From Methanobacteriota archaeon (GTDB taxonomy: Archaea; Thermoplasmatota; Thermoplasmata; SG8-5; DAIRED01): a stretch of DNA of 64,000 nucleotides. The notes under the pieces were generated by a model, which made no database searches, was not told the DNA's origin, and saw only the letters and a program-made list of their open reading frames with translations. Numbering within the stretch: the stretch's first letter is position 1; the number at the start of each line of letters is the position of its first letter. The stretch lies in assembly GCA_043799545.1 (NCBI GenBank), contig JAZDNO010000002.1, forward strand, positions 1 to 64,000, in the 5' to 3' direction. Made by a program: the position numbers and the translations under genes. Shown one piece after another: positions 49,522-58,437 of this stretch.

Positions 49522-49733
49522 TAAGGCTTTTTCGCGCCCCAAGCGAGGCCGAGCGCGGCGAGGACGGCACCGATTGAGAACATTGCTATCCACAATCCCC
49601 ACGTGCCCCAGTTGCCTTCGACCGCGCAGCTCGGGCAGTACTGGCCCAGGTAGGCGAAGAGCGTCAGGACCATGAGGAGCAGTCCCACGACGAACATCAG
49701 GGTGTGGGGCTTCATATTGCCGGTTTCGGCCAT
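49521..49733 (-). CDS. Small 2-TM membrane protein with CxxC
   Basis: Two hydrophobic helices flanking YCPSC; stop overlaps the cca ATG (TAATG). Confidence 0.6.
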   Translation of the reverse strand: MAETGNMKPHTLMFVVGLLLMVLTLFAYLGQYCPSCAVEGNWGTWGLWIAMFSIGAVLAALGLAWGAKKP

Positions 49734-49792
49734 TTATGCGGATTGGCCAGGGGGTATAAGAAGGGAGCGCCGGAGAAACAATGCTTCAGCGT

Positions 49793-52537
49793 TTATTTGC
49801 GTGGGGGAGACCGTACATATCTTCTCATTCCGAGGAAAAACGTGGATACAGCCACAGCTACGCAGATGACGCCAATGGCGACGACAAACTGCGTAGATAT
49901 AAATGGTTCCTTGGGTTCTGGCGGAGGCGGTGGAGGCGGTATACCAAAGTTGATTGTACCGGATGCTGAACCGAAATCGGGATGGCTGACAATAATATCC
50001 ACGGCGAACGTATGCATTTGTAAATAACTTGAATTGGCTCTAAACTCCAACACAGCGATTCCATCGGAATTTGTATCTGTGTCCCCAGAAATCGTCAGCC
50101 CAGCTTCGGATGGCACGGCTTCGACTGTCGCGCCTTCCACGGGATTGCCGACTTGATCTTTGACCGTGACCGTTATTTTCGTCGTTGTGCCAGGTTCCAG
50201 AACATCAGTCTCGACTTCTATTCTTAACCTTAGGAATGTTGCGCCTTCCTTTTTCACGATGATCACGCTGGCCTTCGACGGCGCCGGGTCGTAGTCTATC
50301 CCGATGCGTCCCTTCGTCGCCCCGAGAAGGCTTATCGCCACCTTCGTGTCGTTGCCCGCGTTCCGCGGAACATAAGGCGCGGTCCACTCGATCTTCGCCT
50401 GCCCGTTCCCCAGCGTTGTCGCGTTGCACTCGCGCAGCCCGTTTGCGAATGTGCCGTTGGCGCAACTCAGTTCAACCGTTGCACCTTCGACCAATGTACC
50501 ATTCTGGTCCTTCACGGTCACTATGATGTCACTCTCCGAAGCGGATGGGACTGGCGATTCGACCGACATCGTGGCCTTCAACCGATACTCGCCTGGCGGG
50601 TGGATGCCCATAATGGAGCGCCATGAGAAGATGGAACCTGTCGGGCCGACGGTCCAGTTGACGAAGCGGTCGGAACGGTAAGCCTCGATGTTAGTTTTGA
50701 AGTAGAGAACGTTGTACGGCTGGTCGTAGGCGATTGCGGCCTGGGCGTCCCTGATGGCTTTGTGCTTGACGGCTGTGTCGTTCGTGCTCCTGGCGAGGTC
50801 TAAAAGAGCGTCGAAAGATACATTCCTATACCCGGGATAATTCTGCCCCGATTCCGTATTGTCCGAGTGGAAGAAGGCGTACATGAAATCGGTCGGGTCA
50901 GAACCAATGCGCCATCCCATCTCAAACATGTCGAAGTTCCGCTGATCGACCCTGGTAACAATCGTGCCGAAATCAAGGGCGATGGATTCCGCGTTTATAC
51001 CGACGTTCTGCATCTGCGTCGCCATCATAATCCCAGGCTGCGCAGCTATCGGATCGTAATCGGCTGGCGGTGTGAGGATTTCGATTTTTCCACCGTCCCC
51101 ACTTCCTATCGGTGTACCGTCAGGGTTCTTCCACCAGTTTCCTCTTCCAGGGGGTTTTGTCGGGTCTGTGAGTTGATAGTCATCAGATGTTCCGTCAATT
51201 CCATCCGCCCCGTAATCGAGGGTTTCTTTCGCCTTCGTGATGTTGAATTCATATTGCGGTATGCTCTCGTTGAACCATTCAGTGTCGATTGCACTTATGG
51301 GTCCGTCAGCTGCTATGCCGAAGTTCTGGAGGATTCTTTCGACAATCTCCTTTTTGTTTATGCAATAAGCGATTGCCTGCCGCAAAGGCTTTCCGTAATC
51401 CCCTTTCGCAGGGTCGTTGTCCAGATAACCGAAAGACTTCTTCCGCATGTTGAATGCCAGGTATTTGAAACCTTTCTCAGCGGATTGTGAAATCCCGATA
51501 TTCTCATCGTTTATTAGGTCCGGCACGTACGTCGGCGGTATCGACCATGCGATGTAATCTACATCACCTTGTTGCAATGCCTGGACGGCCTGTTCGGCGG
51601 TTTTATAAATTTTAAAAACAATTGCGTCGATGTAGGGTTGCTGTCGGCTGAAATGCTCCCGCCATGTGTTTATCCGCGCCTGCTGCCCGGGCGTCCAGCT
51701 GTCGAACTTGAAAGGTCCGCTGCCGATGGCTTCTTTATTCTCGAACGCCAATGCTTTTGCCGTGCTCCAGCATCTCGGGTCTGTCGCAGGCAGGAACGGG
51801 TCCGCGTTGTCGTAGTCCTGCCCCCCGATTATGTTCGCCCAGATGTGCTGGGGGAGTATGAAAACCGATAGAGTGTTGCGGATGAAGTCTGCGAACGGTG
51901 TCTGGAGATAGAACCTCAGCGCCGCGATTTTGCCATCCGCGCTCTCGTAATATTTCTTCATACCGAGCCAGTGCGTGTCAGAATAGTTTGAACCTGCTTC
52001 TCCGCCCTTGTCCATCAAACACTTGACGCTGGCCGCCCAGTCAGGCTGGATTGCTTGGATGCCGAACGAGAACATGATGTCGTTGATGTCCATCTGATGC
52101 CCGTCGTGGAACTTGACGTTGGTGAAGTTGTAGTAAACAGTTATCTGACCCGCCTTAGCACTCGGTTCCCAGTCAGATTTGTTATCGAGATTGAATAGCG
52201 ACGATGTCGAATAATTCAGAGAGTGGATGGCTATATAAGGAATGAATTTCTCCGAATCGATGAGGTCGACGCTTAACGGGGTGTCATAGAGGTATCCCAG
52301 CACGTTCCACGTCCACACATCCCCAGCCACCAATGGATTCAGCGATTTCACATCGTCCTGCATCGCCACTCTCAAAACGATTTCCTCCCGCGTCCCCACG
52401 GTTGCGGGCAGGCCGTCGGGAGCGTCGTCCGCTACCTGGGAGGAGGCGATGGGCAATACACACGCCAGCAGCAGCGCGACCGCAATGATGCTGCCTACCC
52501 GCACACCGTACATGGACGAAAATCGATTGCGGAGCAT
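49793..52537 (-). CDS. ABC transporter substrate-binding protein family 5 with C-terminal Ig-like domains and TM anchor
   Basis: LNPL, FHDG, IGSGPFK, KPLRQAIAY, NYPGYRN; VKDQNG/VKDQVG Ig-like strands; poly-Pro linker. Confidence 0.92.
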   Translation of the reverse strand: MLRNRFSSMYGVRVGSIIAVALLLACVLPIASSQVADDAPDGLPATVGTREEIVLRVAMQDDVKSLNPLVAGDVWTWNVLGYLYDTPLSVDLIDSEKFIPYIAIHSLNYSTSSLFNLDNKSDWEPSAKAGQITVYYNFTNVKFHDGHQMDINDIMFSFGIQAIQPDWAASVKCLMDKGGEAGSNYSDTHWLGMKKYYESADGKIAALRFYLQTPFADFIRNTLSVFILPQHIWANIIGGQDYDNADPFLPATDPRCWSTAKALAFENKEAIGSGPFKFDSWTPGQQARINTWREHFSRQQPYIDAIVFKIYKTAEQAVQALQQGDVDYIAWSIPPTYVPDLINDENIGISQSAEKGFKYLAFNMRKKSFGYLDNDPAKGDYGKPLRQAIAYCINKKEIVERILQNFGIAADGPISAIDTEWFNESIPQYEFNITKAKETLDYGADGIDGTSDDYQLTDPTKPPGRGNWWKNPDGTPIGSGDGGKIEILTPPADYDPIAAQPGIMMATQMQNVGINAESIALDFGTIVTRVDQRNFDMFEMGWRIGSDPTDFMYAFFHSDNTESGQNYPGYRNVSFDALLDLARSTNDTAVKHKAIRDAQAAIAYDQPYNVLYFKTNIEAYRSDRFVNWTVGPTGSIFSWRSIMGIHPPGEYRLKATMSVESPVPSASESDIIVTVKDQNGTLVEGATVELSCANGTFANGLRECNATTLGNGQAKIEWTAPYVPRNAGNDTKVAISLLGATKGRIGIDYDPAPSKASVIIVKKEGATFLRLRIEVETDVLEPGTTTKITVTVKDQVGNPVEGATVEAVPSEAGLTISGDTDTNSDGIAVLEFRANSSYLQMHTFAVDIIVSHPDFGSASGTINFGIPPPPPPPEPKEPFISTQFVVAIGVICVAVAVSTFFLGMRRYVRSPPRK

Positions 52538-52601
52538 ATAAAGAGATTGGTTCGCCGTTTTGTCGGATATTTAAGAAGTCCGGTAAGGGTTTTGTGGAGC
52601 G

Positions 52602-53126
52602 TCACTTCAACGGTTTTCCGAATTCTTCCGCGCTCGTTATCTCCGCCAGCGCCTTCCTCCGCTTCCCGACCAGCGCTCTCGTGAGGTCAATTTTCTCGCG
52701 CGGATAGCCCAATGCCAGCAGCGCGACGACGCCGTAATTCTCGGGTATCTTAAGCAGCGCCTTCACCGCCACTTCGTCGAAGCTGCCAATCCAGCATGTT
52801 CCCAAGCCTTCGCTCGTCGCCTGCAGGACCATCGTCTGCATCGCAATCGAGACGTCCACGGCGTTCCACTTCGGCGACTTCTTCCTGTCCCCGCAACCGA
52901 CGATTACGACCGGCGCCTCCTTCAGAAATCGCGCCCACTTGCCCTCCGCCAGCGCGGCGCGCTTCTCTTTATCGCGAACGACGATGAAGTGCCACGGCTG
53001 GTAGTTGGCGGCGGAGGGGGAAATCCTCGCGGACTCCAGAATCCTCTCCAAGACCTCATCCGGGACTGGCTCGTCCCCGTAGGCGCGCACCGACTTCCTA
53101 GTCATTATCGCGTCGAAAACTTCCAT
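52602..53126 (-). CDS. Nitroreductase family protein
   Basis: RKSVRAY, SPSAANYQPWHF, GLGTCWIG, LGYP. Confidence 0.93.
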   Translation of the reverse strand: MEVFDAIMTRKSVRAYGDEPVPDEVLERILESARISPSAANYQPWHFIVVRDKEKRAALAEGKWARFLKEAPVVIVGCGDRKKSPKWNAVDVSIAMQTMVLQATSEGLGTCWIGSFDEVAVKALLKIPENYGVVALLALGYPREKIDLTRALVGKRRKALAEITSAEEFGKPLK

Positions 53127-53176
53127 GACTGCATCAAGGCGTGCGGACTATTTATCTCTTCCCGGACGGCTAGCGC

Positions 53177-53731
53177 TCACAATCCTCTGTTCCAGTACAG
53201 ATATAGCGCAATCGATATTATCCCCACAACTCCGGCCGCGGCCATCGCGACCCCTTCTGCCCCGTCCTTTGGAGTTGCCGCCTCCTCCTGCACGGGAGGC
53301 TCTGGCGTTTCCTCAACTATCGGAACCAGGATGCTGGCGTCGGTATGGTTGGCCTTCATCGCGCTCGCTATCACTGACATGCCGGCATAAGGCTCCACAG
53401 CAACTGAAAAGGCGAACCGCGCGACGCCGTTTTCATCCGTGGATTGCTTCGCGGCGTCAAACACGACCTCGCCCGACGAGAATGCGTAAACCGTGGCGTT
53501 CGCGACCGCCGTCCCGTTGAAATCCACGACCCGCAGAACCAGCACTCCCGTCGTGTTTGGACCGCCCACATCTGTGACCGAATCGACCGACATGGCCAAT
53601 TGGTTGTAGTCCACCGCCGGGGCGGTCGACCCCCTGGGCCATTCGAGCGACGCCGGCTTCGCGGAGCAGGACGCTGCCGCGGCTGCGATGATGAGTAGAA
53701 GGAGGAATGCCGCCAAACCCGAGCCGCGCAT
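53177..53731 (-). CDS. Secreted Ig-like domain protein with C-terminal TM
   Basis: Signal peptide, VVDFNGTAVANATV...TDENGVA, C-terminal hydrophobic helix. Confidence 0.7.
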   Translation of the reverse strand: MRGSGLAAFLLLLIIAAAAASCSAKPASLEWPRGSTAPAVDYNQLAMSVDSVTDVGGPNTTGVLVLRVVDFNGTAVANATVYAFSSGEVVFDAAKQSTDENGVARFAFSVAVEPYAGMSVIASAMKANHTDASILVPIVEETPEPPVQEEAATPKDGAEGVAMAAAGVVGIISIALYLYWNRGL

Positions 53732-53811
53732 GGGCTAACATTCCCGTCGAGAATATAAAAGCAGATTGGTAAACGGTTTTGTGAAGATTTGCCGGCGATC
53801 GGCATTCTGTA

Positions 53812-53960
53812 CAAATCCCAGCTTCAAATAAAAAACAAGTGGGGGCGCTGGGATTCACGACCGCGCTCCGGCGCGGTCTGGTCGCAAAACTGCGGTTTTG
53901 CTCCTGAACCTCCGGTTCAAATCTCAGCTTCAAATAATAAATAAGTGGGGGCGCTGGGAT
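53812..53960 (-). repeat. Two copies of an orphan tRNA 3' end (ATCCCAGCGCCCCCA), one with a T-loop hairpin insert; putative att site
   Basis: ~43-bp imperfect direct repeat 53812-53854 / 53918-53960; sits exactly where base composition shifts. Confidence 0.8.
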
Positions 53961-53982
53961 ATTCACTTACTCAGTGTAGCCA

Positions 53983-54324
53983 GTGTATGGCGTCTGGTAC
54001 CACCCAAAAGCAGAATTACGCCAGAATTCCCCATTTTTTAACGTGCGAACAGCAGATGCGCACAGGGGGATACCCTTGACGGCTACGATTGATGACTTAG
54101 TAAAAGCACATAATACTTTAGAATCAATGATTAAAACCATGTCATCATGCACTCGACCAGTGCAATGCCATAACTGCCCTAAAAATGAAAGATGTGTTAA
54201 TGACCTGCACGGATTTGCAGTTAATCTTCAACTATCCATGCAAAACTACGCTCGGATGCACGAAATCGAGATTTCTGGCTACGACCTCGAACCGATACGC
54301 CCAAGCGGAGAGCCACCATGCTAG
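53983..54324 (+). CDS. Small hypothetical protein with Cys cluster (true start may be ~54128)
   Basis: SCTRPVQCHNCPKNERC; 3' end overlaps the start of the Rep-like gene. Confidence 0.45.
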   Translation: MYGVWYHPKAELRQNSPFFNVRTADAHRGIPLTATIDDLVKAHNTLESMIKTMSSCTRPVQCHNCPKNERCVNDLHGFAVNLQLSMQNYARMHEIEISGYDLEPIRPSGEPPC

Positions 54325-56255
54325 TCACCATCGAACAAGTAAGAAAAATCATTAGCACCATTCCAATTCAACACCAGGACGACTGGAAATGGATTATCCA
54401 TTTTTGTGCTAAAGCAACCGATGATGAATTGGCTGACATTATCTACGATCTCCCGGTTCAGGATATTCAAGCAATCAATACGCGCATGATCAAAGGTAAG
54501 TATTTCGCCGAATTCGCCACAGTGATGAAGATAACATCGTCCTACGAGCGCAAGATACAGCAATTTCTCACGTTAGCACAGGAAACGCTAGAACATGCCG
54601 ACTTCTCGGGCATGGCCCTTAGAAAGCATATAAGGCGCATTTGCGCCTTGAAGATTCTAGCTATAAAGGATAAGAAAAAGAGGAAAATCCCAAAGGATGA
54701 CCTCATTAACACTGCCTGGGACTTGGAAAAGGCCGTATTATTGATTCCTAAGACTTTTCCCCAATGCCAATGGATTATCAACGGTAACAGAACGCCCGAG
54801 AAGATTAAATTCGCTCTGGGCGAACTCAAAGAGGAACTACAACGCTCCAGGATGCGCTTCTCGACCACCAGGAGAAGGTATTTCAGAAAGGCGATCTCCC
54901 TGAACTACGAAGCCATACTAAAGGAATTCCTGGACACCAAAGGACGTAACCTAAAGCTCCACAAAACACGCATCGACCGCCTGGTGATAGACGTTTACCA
55001 CCCCGAACTGATGACGTTCCATCCGGAGGTAATGTCCATCCTCTCCAGGAACGAAGCCGAGAGGAACGTAGAATTCGCCAAGTCCAGAATCATTCCACAA
55101 TCGAAAATTGACGCTCTGCGCAAAATCGAGGGAGAATTCACCGCAGAGGCCGATATCGATTCGATAACGAAACAATGGGAATCGGACCGCCAAGAACAGC
55201 TGGAAAAAGGCTTCGCCTCGAGGGGAAAGATTATTCAAAAGTATCCTTGGGGGAAAGTCGAATTCACTTACGAACCACACTCAATCGGGGCACCGATACG
55301 CTTACGCTTGATAACCAACGTCCAAAACTGCATTCGCCAGGAGCTATTCGACAGATATCCAGATAAAGAAGCCATGTACAAAGCTTCTAGCTGGGGCGGC
55401 AACAGTGAAATTAACTTCATACTGCCCCAGGACTACGATTACTATTATCAATCGGAACGCCCGAAATGCGACTGGCTTTACAGCAAGGCCAAAGAACTGT
55501 TCATGCAGCTTATCAAAGAAGCCCTGGACATGGCCGTTCAGAACCCAGACAAGCTCATTGTCTATGTATCCCAATTCGAAATATGCTGGGAAGAACCCCT
55601 TGAAAGAACCCACGCACTCAAACCGTTCACGAAACTCGAATATCCAGCACTATCAACCTACCTAAATGACAAAGCCGTAGAAATGAACGGTATTGGCAAC
55701 TACGTCAATTGCAAGATAGAAAACGGCAGACCGTCATTCTATTGCGATATCGCTTCGCTCGATCCTACAACGCCAGTCATGCAATATAAGATTTATCCTA
55801 AATTTCATATTGCTGGCAAGACCTACCTTCGACACGAACTGACGAATACTAAGTTCTCCAAATTAATCGACTCGTCGATAGACAGAGAACAAAGCGGGCT
55901 GAGTTATACGTTACTGAACGATCCAGAATTCGCTCGAAAGACATTCGAGGAAATCTTCTGGCTCGAAACGTATAACCATCGAGGAGACGGTTATAACCGC
56001 AGATACTCCCAGGACACAAGCGACGAAGCTCAACTGAACTTCTTTGCCACTCTCACGGCCAAGGCCGTGTTCAATCAATCCTACCTGTCCAGGACAGGAG
56101 ATATGATTCAACTTATGAGAACTGGCAGATGCCCCAAAACAATCCGGGGCAGGCCAAGGAGAACAATGGAGGAACTAGGTATAATCTCCAAGCAAAATAG
56201 AGGAAACTATCTTGCTACTCAACTATACCTCAAATACGCAAATGGAAACGGGTAG
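54318..56255 (+). CDS. Hypothetical 645-aa protein, candidate Rep_trans-family rolling-circle replication initiator
   Basis: C-terminal half has ordered motifs VSQFEICWE / NGRPSFY / KIYPK / YLRHEL resembling pT181-family Rep; ORF is solid, function is inferred. Confidence 0.5.
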   Translation: MLVTIEQVRKIISTIPIQHQDDWKWIIHFCAKATDDELADIIYDLPVQDIQAINTRMIKGKYFAEFATVMKITSSYERKIQQFLTLAQETLEHADFSGMALRKHIRRICALKILAIKDKKKRKIPKDDLINTAWDLEKAVLLIPKTFPQCQWIINGNRTPEKIKFALGELKEELQRSRMRFSTTRRRYFRKAISLNYEAILKEFLDTKGRNLKLHKTRIDRLVIDVYHPELMTFHPEVMSILSRNEAERNVEFAKSRIIPQSKIDALRKIEGEFTAEADIDSITKQWESDRQEQLEKGFASRGKIIQKYPWGKVEFTYEPHSIGAPIRLRLITNVQNCIRQELFDRYPDKEAMYKASSWGGNSEINFILPQDYDYYYQSERPKCDWLYSKAKELFMQLIKEALDMAVQNPDKLIVYVSQFEICWEEPLERTHALKPFTKLEYPALSTYLNDKAVEMNGIGNYVNCKIENGRPSFYCDIASLDPTTPVMQYKIYPKFHIAGKTYLRHELTNTKFSKLIDSSIDREQSGLSYTLLNDPEFARKTFEEIFWLETYNHRGDGYNRRYSQDTSDEAQLNFFATLTAKAVFNQSYLSRTGDMIQLMRTGRCPKTIRGRPRRTMEELGIISKQNRGNYLATQLYLKYANGNG

Positions 56256-56439
56256 ATACAAACACCATAGACAACCATCGCCAGCCCAGGCTACGCCGTT
56301 GGGCAGCTAAATGGTTTATATGGAAAGGTCTGCTCGACCATAGCAATCAGTTTAAACGCAGGCCATTTCTTCAAAATGGCATACACAATCAGACTTGAAT
56401 CAAGTCCGATTGACAGCTTAACTAGATAACCGTCAGCAC

Positions 56440-57070
56440 TTGACGGCTCGCCGGGCTGCGCCTCGGCTCGCCTCGAGATTAGAGGCGTTCCCGGCCTTTC
56501 GGCACAGTTTGGGGGCTTGCTGAGCAGCCCCACAAATCTTGGGCGCTACGCCCCCAACGCCCTACACCTATGGTGATGGGCTAAGGCCACCTTCCAGGTG
56601 GCTCAAAGGATTTGCTGGGGAACGTCCATATGGCGAAAATGATTTTCTACCTATGGTGGACCGTAATCCCACGTTGGATACCAACAATACAGAAGCACAC
56701 GTCTGAAATAACGTATAATGACGGACTTTCATAAAAGCCCCTCTTTAATGTTCCCGACTACTCTAGTTTGCCAGACAAAAAGCTTACTCATATCTATCAA
56801 TATGAGCCAAGATGCACTTAAATTCAATCATTACACTACGCTGCATTCATTCATAAGAGTTTATCACGGCGAATAAGAGACGATCAAAGTAAGCATTTGT
56901 CAAAGGCTAAGACAGTAATCTAGGAACGTTCAATCGAATAGGCTCTAAAAAGCCCATTCTAACTTATATTCAGACGTTTTAATGCTTCATGAATGGTAAC
57001 CAGGATAAGGATTACGTCCTTATGTGGCCTCTCGGCGGAGCCTTCGGCCATCCACATATGACATGCAATC
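56440..57070. other. Hairpin-rich non-coding region, candidate replication origin of the island
   Basis: Several GC hairpins (GGGGCT..AGCCCC, GCCACCT-TCC-AGGTGGC, TGGCC..GGCCA) directly downstream of the Rep-like gene; no convincing ORF. Confidence 0.35.
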
Positions 57071-57538
57071 GGTGAAAAATCTCCACGGCTACAGCTTAAG
57101 GACAGAAACTCAATCCTAACTATAGCCATCCAGCCGTAGTATTTTTAACTATACAACTGTGGCAATCCTATTTACGCAATTTCAGAACTTATGGCCTTCG
57201 GTACCCTCGGGCCAGATAATCATTTCCGGTTCCGGAAAAGATTTCAATGATGCTCAATGGAACGTATCAGGGAAGGCGATTACCGGAAATGTTATCAGGC
57301 CACGGCCATGCCGACCTTCTCCATTTCAGCCTATGCTCGAAGGTCCCACACTGTCAAAATTTCCTTGCCGTCTTTTCGGTCATTCCAGCACCCCCGATGG
57401 AATCGAGGTGCAGTAATGACACCATTGGTTAGGCCGTCCGGGGCGAATGACCGGAGAAGCGTGATAACATCCGAGCCGGGATGGGAATACTCCCATGCCT
57501 TTAAAATAAGGGAATTCAGCGACCAGGGGGTATTCTGA

Positions 57539-57832
57539 ATGAGTCCTCCCGTCTGGTTCAAGACACTCGACCACCTGGCAAGTGTGCCTGGGAATGGGTA
57601 CACGGACTTGACCGCTCCGAGAGGATGTAACCAGGACGGCATCGCTGCGGCCCTGGGGATAACCAGGGCGCACGTTGCACTGAATCTGAAGAACCTTGTC
57701 AATCGCGAGCTCGTGATGGTGCGTTTGCTACATGTTCCCGGTAAAAACCGGAAGGTCAGGACGTACCAGCTAACGTTTTACGGTTACAAATTCCTCCACG
57801 AGCTTCACACCAGGCGTGGTCAGGAGGTGTGA
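57539..57832 (+). CDS. Stand-alone winged-HTH protein homologous to the N-terminus of the 2197-3423 regulator
   Basis: QDGIAAALGITRAHV...HVPGKNRKVRTYQLTFYG. Confidence 0.8.
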   Translation: MSPPVWFKTLDHLASVPGNGYTDLTAPRGCNQDGIAAALGITRAHVALNLKNLVNRELVMVRLLHVPGKNRKVRTYQLTFYGYKFLHELHTRRGQEV

Positions 57833-57835
57833 GCG

Positions 57836-57997
57836 ATGTGCCGGTACGATAGGGGCTTCAACAAGGGCTTCATGTGGGCGATGCGCCACAGCGCCGAGGA
57901 GGTCGGGAGGTACCTGGCCTCCCGGCGAGCGAGACCGAAAAGGTCGTACTGGAAGGGGTACATGGACGGGGTGAGAGCTACGGAGAGGGAGGGATGA
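57836..57997 (+). CDS. Small hypothetical protein, 53 aa
   Basis: Manual translation MCRYDRGFNKGFMWAMRHSAEEVGRYLASRRARPKRSYWKGYMDGVRATEREG; GGAGGTG SD upstream. Confidence 0.6.
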   Translation: MCRYDRGFNKGFMWAMRHSAEEVGRYLASRRARPKRSYWKGYMDGVRATEREG

Positions 57998-58437
57998 GAT
58001 AATGCTTCTGGCTTATCCGATTAAATTCTTGTCTGGTAGTATGACCATGATACTATTATGTATTGTGATGATTATATGGGATATGATGATAATATGATGC
58101 GAAGGCAAGCTCTGTCAGAGTTACCAATCATAAATATTCGGTTTATAGGAGGGTATTATTAATGGAAAAATGGGAGTCAAAAAGAAAAATATTAATTTTT
58201 TATAGTTATTCCCATCTTGATAAATATGATGTTGGAAAATTAAAAAGTATACTTGAAATGCATGGATTTGCTGGGTTTTTAGCCCATGAAGATATTCAAC
58301 CATCGAGAGTATGGGAACAAGAAATTTGTGAGGCTATTCAATATTCTGATATCTTCATACCCTTTCTCACGAATAACTTTAAAACGTCCACATGGACTGA
58401 TCAAGAATGTGGGATGGCCATGGCTCAAAATAAAAAG

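Noticed and set aside
33-53966. Many long ORF-track frames antisense to or overlapping recognised genes (e.g. 963-1583, 8346-9449, 38038-39162, 42085-43029)
   Set aside because: Shadow ORFs expected in high-GC DNA: Arg/Pro/Gly-rich, no motifs, fully overlapping confident genes.
56758-56765. CTACTCTA resembling the pT181 nick site
   Set aside because: Only 8 nt, without the flanking inverted repeat; compatible with chance.
57159-57702. Short overlapping ORFs upstream of the island wHTH gene
   Set aside because: No motifs, conflicting frames, no clear SD; left as non-coding.
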